From Vicugna vicugna (taxonomy: Eukaryota): 64,000 nt of DNA. Numbering within the stretch: position 1 is the stretch's first letter; each line of letters opens with the position of its first letter. Location of the stretch: NCBI GenBank assembly GCA_013265495.1, contig MU062841.1, positions 15,123,200-15,187,199 of the forward strand, in the 5' to 3' direction. The notes under the pieces were generated by a model. It made no database searches. It had not been told where the DNA came from and worked only from the letters and a program-made list of their open reading frames with translations. Made by a program: the position numbers and the translations under genes. Shown here piece after piece: positions 1 through 10,438 of this stretch.

Positions 1-1842
1 GCCAGTGTATTTGTACAAGCATGTCACACAGTCCTTTGTTCTTTGGGAGAACCAATGAAGGAAGCAACCTCATGGGCTTAGGGAGCTCAGAGCCAATGCA
101 GACTCAGCAGCTGCCCTTCTAGCAGGAGCCACGTGGGGTCCACAAAGAGGTGACCAAGTTTGTGCCAAGTGCAAACTCAGAATGGGCAGAGAGCCCCATT
201 TTCTTCCCAGCCCCGGCTTCAGACACTGCCATCACAGTACAGCAGCCTGGGCTGGTCAGAGACTTTGGCCATCTGTAGAGGGGACTTTGAACTTCCAGGC
301 CCCAGCCTCTTGCCCGCTAGTGGCCTCAGAGCACAGAGACCCATTAGGCAGAGCAAGCTGCAAGCCTGGGTTCCACTCTTCCCAAGATAAGTCTCAGGTG
401 CCCAGGAGACAATGCAGGGAGGGAACCACAAAAAGAGCCTGGGAAATTAGCCTCAGTTTCTCCTAGGAGTAGGCCTTGAACTGGCCTGACACAGCAGCCT
501 TGGCCCTGGGCCCCTGATAAGAATCCAGCAGTCTATGCTGGATTCCCTGCCTGTGAGCAGGAAAAATCAGTTGTGTCCTCAGCACCTCCCTGCTACCCAC
601 TGCTGGGGCTCAGTGTTGGGACAGGGGCTTTGATTACAGCTCCGCATCTTAACCCAAGGGCTCCAGAATGCAGACTCTGAGGCAGGGAGGAAAGTGTCCA
701 CACTGCCTGGGGAGATGGAAGTCCAAGATGATGGGAGGGGAGAGGAGATGTGGCAAGGAAAGAGGTAAAGGGATGCAAGACAATGCATTGCTGTGTTGGC
801 TACTGTTCTCGCATGAGCCGTGAGGGGAGAGTGGGCGACTTGACAGGACTGTGTGCTAAAGCACGTGGTGTTTGCAAGGAGAAACTTGCAACCTTGAACC
901 TTGGAACAGTTCACCAAGAGGAGAATTGAGAGGGAATTTTTCCACCTGTTCCCCGCTTAGCTCCTGTCTTCCATGGGCCAAGGGGCACCCCACAGAGGGC
1001 TAACCCACTGCTCTTCTGAGTTGCATCACTTGCCCCTTGGGTGGATGCTTGGGAAGTCAGACCTGCGGCATTTCTTCCACAGATGTGGAAGTGGAGGGGC
1101 TACTTGGCATAGGTGGGGGTGCCAACCAAGAGACAGAAGGGAGGAGGTGGTTTAGGGACTCCAGAAAAGTGCATGGTGTTTGTGACTGATACATCTCATT
1201 CTCCCCCACAGGATTCACAGCCAAGGTCCCCGGGCAGTAGAACCCCAGGACTGTCTGAATTTTAAATAAAATAACTATTTTTTAATTTGGGAGAAAAAAT
1301 GCATTCAGGTGTAGCTTGGAGAATAGGGCTTTTTTCCTGAACTGCCCAGGCCCTAAGCTCCAGTCTCTCCTGCTGGATGCCCCACCTCTGTGCTTTTGTC
1401 CTTACTCATTGTAGCTAGGGGAAGAGCATCTGGCTTCTATAATCTATAAAACGCATGACTATCTGACCCTTGGCAGTCTAGCTGGCTGGCTACAGGCTAA
1501 AAAGGAAAAAGTCAACTCTAAACAAAGCTGCACATGGTCTGGTTCTGCCAGCAAGGAAGCCAGCTTGAATTGCAGATCTTACTGGAAATCTTGTGAGAGG
1601 CCAGCATACTCCAACATCCAGACATTTTTTTCCAGTGTGGCCCTGAAATCTCCATGTAGGACGGATGCATGACCCACATCTCCAGATAAAAGACAAGATC
1701 ATTTAGTCAGCTGACTTGATACAACAAAACAGCGATTTCTAACTTCCCATTCAAGGATCATAGGGTCCCCACACTGCTTCCACGTCACTTCAGCTCCACC
1801 AGTTCCATATTCTCAAGTCTGCTGTCTGCACATGCCACTCCA

Positions 1843-2290
1843 TTTCTGTATCAGGGCTGCTTTAATTACAGGTGATAGGAACCAACACAAACTGGCTTAA
1901 GCAAGTCAGGAACTAAGAAGTCTACTGGGATTATAGGCTTCAGGCAGGGCTGAATTCGAGGGCTCAAACAGATGTCAGCAGATTTCTCTCACACCAGCTC
2001 TCAGGGCTCTGCTTCTCTTTGTGCCTCGTCCCAGTCTCTTTCCTGCCATAGACACACTTTCTCCATGTGGGAGGGAGCTAGGTCTCGGTGGCTTCAAACT
2101 CTTGTGCTCCTAGCACTACGGCGTCAAGGGCAAGAGAGCTTTGAGGGGAAGATCATGGTTGGCTCTACTTAGGTCACAAACACTTACTTGAGCTAATCAC
2201 TTTGGTCAGGGGGATGGGGTCCCCTGCCTGGCCAGAGTGGTCAGGTGTCCATCTCTGCAGGGTGGAACAGGGGAGGGAGCAGAGTTGGCA
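1843..2290. mobile_element. Degenerate MaLR LTR (MLT1J/K-like)
   Basis: Motifs such as tgtatcagggctgctttaattacaggtgataggaacc...aactggcttaagcaa and aatcactttggtcaggggatgggg resemble MLT1 consensus from memory; subfamily and boundaries approximate. Confidence 0.5.
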
Positions 2291-2349
2291 CCGTGACTGT
2301 CAGCCCCACTGAGCACTTACAGAATGTAAAGACATGTCCTGCATGGTCT

Positions 2350-2880
2350 ATAAAAATGTGTGGTTTGACCTGGCTGGATTGCAGGATGCAGGCAAGGGAG
2401 TGACGATAGTCAAGTAGGAGCCAGAGCCTCAGAAAGGGTACACTGGAGGCAGAAGGGAGCCACTGAAGAACTTAAACAGAGGAATGACGTGATCAGATTT
2501 GGCTTTTAGAAAGATTCCTCGAGGCAGCTAAGTGGAGACTAGCTCAGAGGAGTACTTACTGGGGTAGCAGGTCTAGTTAGTAGGCAGTGCGATGGTTCTG
2601 GTGAGGAAGAGGAGGAATATAAAGGAGGGATTGACTTAAGATGTATTAAGAGGTAAACTGTAAGATGTTTATAAGGGAAAAGTGCTTCTGTTTAAATGAG
2701 AGGGGAGAAGTCACAGAAGTTTCCCGCTCAGAGTTCTGGCGAAACAAGTCACAGGTGCTATTTACTAAGGTGGGAACGTGAAAGAAATGCAGATGGAGAG
2801 GAAGATGAGTCTGCCTGTGAGATAAGTGGAGTTGTCTAAAAGGCAACTTGAAATGCAAGAAGTAAAGGATGGGCACATGT
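2350..2880 (-). mobile_element. L2 LINE fragment
   Basis: gggagccactgaagaacttaaacagaggaatgacgtgatcagatttggcttttagaaagattcctc is the reverse complement of a hallmark L2 segment. Confidence 0.7.
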
Positions 2881-3369
2881 ACTCGGGAGTCCCAGTCACC
2901 TGCAGTCAGTGTGTCACACAGGAAGATTTAGACAAAAGCCATTTCTTGAGAGGGCACTGGGCAGGTCACGGGATTGCCAGCAGGACACGCAAGCCTGGGA
3001 AATAACCAGGAACAATGGGAGACCAGTCCACCAGAGCAAAAGCCAAAGTCAGATGCTGGACCAGCCCAGTGAGAATACTGTCAATGTCATCATCACTGGA
3101 GGCTGGATGCCCCACCACCAGGACCCTGACCACTACAGCCCCAAGCACAGGGCAGAGCTGACCCTACTGTGGCCACTGCCACCAGGATGAATTCTCCCTC
3201 ATTCTATCATTTCTCTGAATCTCCACTCCAGAATCACCACCAAAGAGCTGGGAAAGCAAAGACCCAACCTTTCAACGTCTGTCATAGAAGCTGGGCTCTG
3301 CTAACCTCTAAGACCTGAGACACAGGAAGGGTAATCAGTTTCTGGGAGCCCCCAAATTACCAAGGTCTG

Positions 3370-4130
3370 TTTCAGAGGGGTGCTACTGAGGTCACTGGAA
3401 AGAGTAATGAGATGAGAAATACATGTGGATCGACTTTTTTATTTAAATGGTAGATGACAGAAAAGGAATCTTAAGGAAGCTGTGAAGGAGCCATGTGAGG
3501 TGTAGGGAGAAAGTGGAAAAGCGTAGCCCACAGGAGCCAACAGAGAAAAGGGATGTGGGGACAGATGATCAATTATGCCAACTAACATCAATGGTCAAAC
3601 TGGTTGACCCTGAAATTTTCCAATGGATTTGGCAGCTCGGAAGTCATCTGTAACTTTGGCGGATTTTGAGTAGAGGCTCTGGGGAAAGGTCAGATGACAC
3701 TGGATTTAAGGAGCACATGGGAGGTGGGGAATAGAGATGGAGAATGTAAACTACTCCCCAGAAGCTTGGTTGAAGGCAAGAAAAAAATGTGTAATAGTCA
3801 CTAATGCATGACATTAAAATTGTTTTTTTTTTTAGGTTGGGCTAGTTGATCATGTTTATGTGTTGAGATCAATGAGTAGGAGAGAGGAAAAAGCTGAATA
3901 TCCACGAAAGAGAAATTTAAGTAAAGGAACGAAGTTCTGGAAGAGAAAAAGGATGTGAAATACAGATCGCATGGAAAGGATTACACTTGGATTTGATGGG
4001 AGACCTCTCCCCCTCTGAGAAAGAAGGGGTGGGAGAGATTCAAATTTTCTGCAGGAGGCTGAAGATGAAGGCAGTTTCCTCCCCACTGCCTTCATTTCCT
4101 CTGTGAAGCAGGACTGGGGATGGTGGTGGA
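3370..4130 (-). mobile_element. L2 LINE fragments
   Basis: Purine-rich L2-like text (ggatttggcagctcggaagtcatctgtaactttgg; gaggtggggaatagagatggagaatgtaaactactc; ttcctctgtgaagcaggac). Boundaries approximate. Confidence 0.55.
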
Positions 4131-4249
4131 AGCTGCGGTGTGGAAGGACTGCTGGGTATGTTGCTGGGCACACTGCTGGGCACACTCAGGGCCCAGCTGA
4201 GGTGACTGTGACTTTGCAGTAGCTCTGTGTTGGGTCTGAAGTAGACTAG

Positions 4250-4610
4250 CTTACACAGTTTATTCTTGATAAAGGTGACTCATAGATTCCAAGGGCAGAA
4301 GACCTCACAAAGAGCCTGGGGGGCTTTCAGGAACCAGAGAGCAGCCAGCATTTCTGGTCTCTGCATTTCCAGGCTTCATTCTCTCTCCACGGATAATCTT
4401 TCTCCATTTCTCATTTCTCATAGTAGCTGGGAGGTGGGTGCACCATTGCTGCTGAGAGCCTGTATCTCTTTTGCTCAAGAAACCAGTAAAGTTAGAATCA
4501 TAATCTCTCACCCCTAATCCAATATTCCTGGGAGAGAACATTTGCTTAGCTCAGCTTGGATTAAGAATCCACTCATAGCTCAATAAACTGCAGCCCGGTC
4601 ACCAGGGGTC
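4250..4610. mobile_element. Degenerate MLT1-like LTR
   Basis: aatattcctgggagagaacatttgcttagctcagcttggattaagaatccactc...ccagggg resembles the MLT1J core. Confidence 0.4.
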
Positions 4611-5754
4611 ACAGAAGACAAACATGGCTCTGGGGCCCACAGGTTTGGAGAGTGAGTGTGGAAAACATAATTCCCAAAGAACAGGGCTCATGGGCTGGAC
4701 CAGCATAAAACAGTCCCCGCTCCCAAACTCAGTTCTGCAGGATTGGGTGATTTCCTTTATCCTGGCACAGAACAGGAGAATAGGGAAGACAGACGGCTGG
4801 AATGATCAGGGGTTGTCATATTAAGGACAAGTATATTAGGAAAAATGTGGTTCAAGTAACAACCATAGGATCTAGACTGCATGGAAAAGGAAGTGAAGCC
4901 AGGGAAGTACTAGTCAGCTGTGAGGCAGTTGAGATTCACGTGATTCACAGTAAGCAGAAGAGCTGGTGGTATGAGATGGGAGGGGGTGAGGAAGGGAAAT
5001 GATGGAAGGTTATGGAATACTGGATTTTGATATTTCACGCATGGGGACAGACCTCCCAAGCTTACCCAAAGTGCTTCTGTTCAAACCCTCCCAGGCATGC
5101 TTGGCTCTCCAAAGCTGCTATGGGGCCCTTGCAGGTGAGTTGTTTTAGGGAGCAAAGCCAACTACTTCCCCAACTACTCTGAACGTCTACACTCTCAGTC
5201 CTGTTATTTTATATCCCTCCTTTTTTCAGTTATTATGCCATGGGTGTAACTAATACTACGACAGTGTTGTGACCCAGGATGAGAGGCCAGGTAAGAGGAG
5301 TAGGGACATCAAAAAGGAGAGGGAGTGAGAAGGGAGATGCTGAGAATATCCAAATGTGGAAAACATCACTGGGAAAATTCTGACTGATGCTGGCTCTGGA
5401 GGGACAGAGATGTCAGGTGTTTATATCACTCAGGCTGAAGCCTCCCTGTGTGCTGTGTCTGGCTAAAAAGAGGGAACGAGGGAGGTAAGTGGATATAAGA
5501 GGAGTCTTTCCCCATTAGTGCTGATGGAAAAGAGAGGCATGCTGGGACATGCAATTCTAAGGACGAAGGGAGGTCAGGCCATGTCAGAGGTGAAAACAAC
5601 TATAACCTCAGTTACTGCTTCCCATTATGGACTACCTCCTGGACCCAAGTACTCTGCCCTTCTTTCTCTTTATATGTGTTAGGTTTAACCATTTGAAATT
5701 TGTTTTGTAAGACACAGTCAAATACTTGCAAATTCATACAGTTTGACATACCAT

Positions 5755-5925
5755 CTCATTTCATCCTCACCACAAGAGCCCCATTAAACAGGTATTAAAC
5801 CCCACATTAGAGATGAGAGAACTAAGACTCAGAAAGCGAACGTCTTGGCTCAAGGCTACACAGTCAAAGTGCTGAAATCAGGATTTGAAGCCAGGTTGTC
5901 TGATTAAAGGGCCAGAGTGCTTTCC
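5755..5925 (-). mobile_element. MIR SINE
   Basis: cccacattagagatgagagaactaagactcagaaag...aaggctacacag...caggatttgaagccagg is the reverse-complement MIR core. Confidence 0.75.
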
Positions 5926-6129
5926 AGCACACCACAGCTACTGGGGGAGCAAAAGAGTTTAAGTTCAGAATTAAACGACCCTGAGATGTTACAAACCAAA
6001 GATTCTTGGAGTCGGTAGAGCCTCGGGGGGTCCTTCTCAGTCTCTATGGGCCAACCTGGGCTCCAGCAAGGAGAGGCAGCCAGGATCTCCTTCCCTGTTT
6101 CTTCCTCCCAACCACAAGGGGCGCCAAGC

Positions 6130-7060
6130 TCCAACAGTCTGGTTCGAAGGCCCTCCGCGCATCGCCGGGGCCCCTCTTTATTTCTCCACGCACCTGCCCC
6201 TCTCCACGACGCAGGCGCCTTCCCCCGCTCCGCCCTCCTCCCAACAGGCAACCACTGCGCAGGCGCCCCAAGCCCGGCGTCGGGGGCGGAGGCGCGCCCC
6301 GGGCGGGCCCCGTGGCCGTTGGGCCGGGGCGGGTCACGTGGCCACGGTGCCGCCGCGCGAGCGTGCGCAGAGTGGCTCAGCGCGGCCGTGACGGAACGGC
6401 GAGGCGTAGGGGCGCGCGACCTCGCCCGGCCGGCCCGGCCCCCGCCCCTTGGCTTGCCGCTCCGCCCCCGCGGGGCGTCCCGGGCCGCTCGTCCCCTCAG
6501 CGGCGGCCGCGCGCGGCCCGGGGTCGCCGTGAGTACTCGCGAGGCCCGCCTGTGAGGCGGCCGCCACGGGGACGGGACGGGACGGGGCGGGCCGCAGGAA
6601 GGGTGCGGGGCCCGCCCCGCCGCGGCCGGGGTGGGTGAAGTGGGGGGCTTGGACCGGGTGGCTCTGAGAGGCCCTCCTGGGCTTGACAGGCTTCGCTCGA
6701 GGCCGGGCGGCTGGCGACGCCGATCGGGCACAGAGCTTCTTCCCCGGGAGGCAGGTGTTGGGGTCTTCGGGGTCTCCGGAGGAACCCGGAGAAGAGCTCC
6801 ACCTGCTCCCCCAGGAAGGCCTCAGGGCCTGTCCTGGAAGCGCGGGCGGCAGCCTCTGCCCCCGTGGGTACCCGAGGTAGCGAGCATGGCGGGCCGGTGC
6901 GTTCTACCCCGTACCCTTTGTTCCGTGGCCTGGGCTCTCTGGAGAGGAGCGCTCGCTCGGTGGGGAGCTGGGTACCCCGCTTTCCCAGGACCGCAAGACT
7001 GGGAGTCAGACCCGGAGTGTGAACGGTTGGGATCGGAGGTTTCCGAGTTGTCACACCGGG
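6130..7060 (+). promoter_or_regulatory. PARP6: CpG island / PARP6 promoter
   Basis: Very high GC and CpG density; NRF1-like TGCGCAGGCGC 6256-6266, GC box gggggcggagg near 6282-6292, E-box GTCACGTGG with CACGTG at 6335-6340; no TATA seen. Confidence 0.85.
6370..6528 (+). other. PARP6: PARP6 non-coding exon 1 (5' end approximate)
   Basis: Donor GCC|GTGAGT at 6528/6529 within the CpG island; TSS not determinable from sequence. Confidence 0.6.
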
Positions 7061-7344
7061 AAGCGCCCTTGGACCTAGGCTAGGACCTTTGTGATCCGGA
7101 CTTGAGGCTTATTTGCATTTGGCTTATTCCCACGTAGATTCGTAAAGCGTTCTCTGTTAGCTGCCATCATCCAGACTTAAGCACCAAACGACAGACACCC
7201 TTCTCTGGGCGCTCTTCTCACGGTCTGTGTTTGGCCCAACTTTTCTTGAAAGGGTCCCTCTTACCTCATTTAGACAAGTCAGTTAGGTCTTTCTTGCGTA
7301 GTTCATTAACAACTCCCTTAATTGGTTGTAACCACATCACATGA

Positions 7345-7475
7345 AGAGTGGATGTAATTAGAACCTGTCAAATGGGCTCAAGTCCCAGTTCCACTATACC
7401 CCTGGCCCTAAGTAAGTTGCTTGACCTCCCTACACCTACGTATTCTGTATATAACATGAAAGCTTTGAAATAGGT
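7345..7475 (+). mobile_element. MIR SINE fragment
   Basis: gggctcaagtcccagttccactata...aagtaagttgcttgacctccct matches the MIR 5' half. Confidence 0.55.
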
Positions 7476-7722
7476 TGTCTTTCAGGCTTATTCCTCTTTA
7501 AAACGCCTGTGATTCTTTGAATTTCATGACCGCCCACCATTCCCCCTTTTCCCACTCTTAACCTTTTAAACCCATTCGCCATCTCTCCAGAGGAATTGAG
7601 AATAGAAGGTGGGAGTCCCTTTTACTGAAACAGCCTGGTTTGAGAAATATGGTAGATTCCGAATTGTCTCTTCCTTGGACGTGAAAAATCTCTGAACTAT
7701 TTTTTTCTCCTTGTGATTACAG

Positions 7723-7971
7723 CAGAAACCAAGCAGCAACAGCCCTCGGAGCGAGACTAAGTTTTCTTGGCTTCTGCAGTGACAAAGAACTTCAGGAAGT
7801 TGGTACTTGTGGCCCACGCTGCCATCCTGCCCAAGACAGCCCGGGCTGGACATTAGTGCCTCCCTCGTTACTCCTCTGTGATCATCCAGAGCAGCACCTG
7901 ACTGTTTATTTTCAAATCTCAACAACCCAGCCTCCTCATCTTCAGATTCTGGTTCTCAGCTGTTCTTGAAG
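7723..7971 (+). other. PARP6: Probable PARP6 5' UTR exon
   Basis: Pyrimidine tract ttttttctccttgtgattacag|cag (NAGNAG, start 7723 or 7726); strong donor AAG|GTGAGT at 7971/7972; no ATG in 249 nt. Confidence 0.55.
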
Positions 7972-8081
7972 GTGAGTGGAGTCTTGCTTTATAAAATCAT
8001 TTTTGTATGATTTTGTCTATATGTAGATATGTTTAGGTTTTTGTATGTATCTTCCTATTGGCTGAGGTCTTCAGCTGACAG

Positions 8082-8445
8082 TTCATTCATTTACTCACTC
8101 ATTCAGTAAATATGTGTTGAGGGACTGACAGTGAAAACAGAGCTTCTGTTACCATTCTGGTGGGAGATAAATACAACAAACAAGCATTTTGTACAAGAGC
8201 GTGGTGAGTGCTGTGGAGAAAACGAAGCAGGGAATAGGGATAGAGAATGCGAGTGTGCTGTGCGTTGGGGCTTTGCTGTTTTATGTTGGATAGTCAAGGT
8301 GACCTTCAAGCAGAGATATGAAAGAGTAAAGGAGTGAGCCATGTGGATATCTGGGTGAAAAGCATTCAAAGAAGGGTGACCCGCAGGGACAGAGGCCCTG
8401 TGCTGGGAATATGCTGGATGTGTTTGAAGGACAGCAAGGAGAACC
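8082..8445 (-). mobile_element. L2 LINE 3' end
   Basis: ttcattcatttactcactcattcagtaaatatgtgttgag is the reverse-complement L2 tail; gtgagccatgtggatatctggg is an internal L2 motif. Confidence 0.75.
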
Positions 8446-8915
8446 TTTCGGAGTCTTGGGGGTAATCTTCCTGTTCACTTTTGGAGCTGACTTTTTAGGG
8501 AGGGCCTTTACGAGAGTACAAGAGTAGCCTCTGTTTTTTTGAATGTGAAAGTTTCCGGCTGTGCACAGAAGTAGAGAGCACAGAAGACCCTCGTGCGCTC
8601 AGCTCTCAGCTTCACGGCTCATCAACATTTGCCGCATTTATTTCTTCTCTTCCCCACCCTGCTCTCCTTTTTTGTTTCTATGCAGGAGTAGTATTTTGAA
8701 GTAGTATTTCGAAGGCCATTTCATCTCTAAGGTCTTCAGTTGCAGTTTCCTTTTGCAGATTGTTTTTGATGGGTCAGGCGGTGCTGTCGGTGGGAGGACT
8801 ACTGTGTGTTTGCCCTGGCGTTGGGCTTTATGTCCTCATCCTGGGTCAGTTACCAGGTTGAGGTTGGTATCTGAGGAACAGATCACAGGCCCTTGGAACA
8901 CACAAGGACTGAGAA

Positions 8916-9102
8916 CAGGGTTCTCAGGTTTTATCATGCATCAGAATAAGTTGGAGGACTTTTTTAAACACAGATTCCTAGCCCCAATCTCTGGAATGTA
9001 ATTCAGTAGGTCTCAGTAGGGAGTCTGAGAATTTACATTTTTTAACGTGTTCCCGGGTGGTACTGATGCTGCAGACCCACAAGCCTTCCTTGAGAACCAC
9101 TG
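8916..9102. mobile_element. MER5A-like hAT-Charlie DNA transposon
   Basis: Terminal inverted repeats cagggttctca / tgagaaccactg; internal gattcagtaggtct-like and ctgatgctgc motifs; length about 187 nt. Confidence 0.8.
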
Positions 9103-9490
9103 ATTTAGAAACCTAAGATTCAGTAGAACCACGTTAGGGAGCTAGGACGCTGCTACTTCAAGGTGGAAATGGATGAAGCTGAGACTGCTGCAGAGCCAAG
9201 AAAGCCTAGGACAGTCCTGTTTTAATTTTGTGAGAGGGCTAGGGGTTAGTGTTTTTTTGAACATTTCTTTGGATCATTATTTACTTTTATTTGGGGAGTA
9301 GGTTCCAAGATGAGTCCAGGGCATTATTTTGTGACAACTCAAGACTATGTCTAACAGAGCATGTCCGTGTTGTTGAGTACTTTTTAAGTTAGCTGTGAGG
9401 ATAACACACAGTGTTCTGGGGGTACTGCTGTTTAGTAAGAGTTAATGACTAAATTTAGAGCAATAGCTAGGGGTAAAGGCTCCAAAAGGT

Positions 9491-9650
9491 GGGGAGGGTA
9501 TAGCTCAAGCGCTAGAGCACATGCTTAGCATGCTTGAGGTCCTGGGTTCAATCCCCAGTACCTCCTCTAAAAATAAACAAAGAAATAAACCTAATTACCT
9601 ATCCCCCCCACACACACACACAAAAAGGAAATGAAAGAAATTTTTTTTAA
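9491..9650 (+). mobile_element. Camelid Vic-1-like tRNA-derived SINE
   Basis: ggggagggtatagctcaag (A box) ... gtcctgggttcaatccccagtacctcc (B box), then aaataaacctaattacct tail and a CA/A-rich end. Confidence 0.85.
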
Positions 9651-9677
9651 AAAGATTCCAAAAAAGAATCTGCTTCT

Positions 9678-9852
9678 TTTTTAAAAAATCATTTTATTTA
9701 CTTTTAAAATTTATTTTATTTAAAATTTTTTTGGGAGGTAGGTAATTGAGTTATTTATTTATATTTATTTATTTTAGTGGAGGTACTGGGAATTGAACCC
9801 AGGACCTTGTGCATTTTGAGCATGTGCTGTACCACTGAGCTATGCCCTCCCC
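9678..9852 (-). mobile_element. Camelid Vic-1-like SINE with 14-bp TSD
   Basis: Reverse-complement SINE body 9779-9852, T-rich tail; perfect direct repeat aagaatctgcttct at 9664-9677 and 9855-9868. Confidence 0.9.
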
Positions 9853-10238
9853 ACAAGAATCTGCTTCTAATGGAGTTTGGAACTTTGAAGAATGTTCTGA
9901 AATGAACTGATCTGACTGAGTAGCGTAAGCACCTGCCACCATCACTTTTGGCTTCAGGGGCTGATACAGCATTATGAAGTAGAGCAAGGACTTACTCCAG
10001 TTCCTACTCTTCAGCTTAACTGGAACAGTAGTGACTTACGTTTGAATAGTGCTTTCACTGTGTATTATCTTTAAAGAACTGGTGTGCAAGTGTGTGTACA
10101 TGCCTGCAAGTACGTCTCTTTACGTGCAAGTGTCTGTACAAATGTGTATTAAAAGAGTATTCTTAAGCACGCGTCTCTGTGTATATGCCGCCCAGGTGTT
10201 AAGTGGTGATGAAACCAGTTGTTATCTCCTTTTCACAG

Positions 10239-10438
10239 GACAGTGACCTGTTGCCACCACAACAGCAGAGCTGCCTACCCCAGCAGATCTCCAGTCAGCC
10301 CCTGACATCGCTTCTCCCTCCCTTGTCTCCCTTTGTGGCCTCCTAAATGCCCATCTCACTGGCCTGGGTTCAGCTGGTGGTATGGAGGGGTGCTGCCTAG
10401 CACTGACCTGGGAGTGTGTGTGACTCACTGACCCAATG
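10239..10438 (+). other. PARP6: PARP6 exon ending in the start codon
   Basis: Acceptor ctccttttcacag| at 10238; ATG 10436-10438 is followed directly by donor GTGAGA; the next exon begins GAC ATC AAA (D-I-K), giving MDIKGQFW. Confidence 0.8.

Noticed and set aside
1-1300. Possible CELF6 3' end (AATAAA near 1265)
   Set aside because: Synteny suggests CELF6 lies upstream, but no coding exon is visible and the hexamer sits in AT-rich sequence; cannot be supported.
4065-4095. Perfect 11-bp inverted repeat atgaaggcagt / actgccttcat with a 9-nt loop
   Set aside because: Lies in decayed L2 in intergenic DNA; too short for a miRNA precursor and plausibly chance.
5904-7083. Long overlapping ORFs (up to 275 aa) on both strands at the PARP6 promoter
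   Set aside because: Arg/Pro/Gly/Ala-rich products expected from stop-poor CpG-island DNA; no recognisable domain.
9491-9565. tRNA-like A/B boxes here and in five other places
   Set aside because: These are SINE heads with tails and TSDs and lack a full cloverleaf; not tRNA genes.
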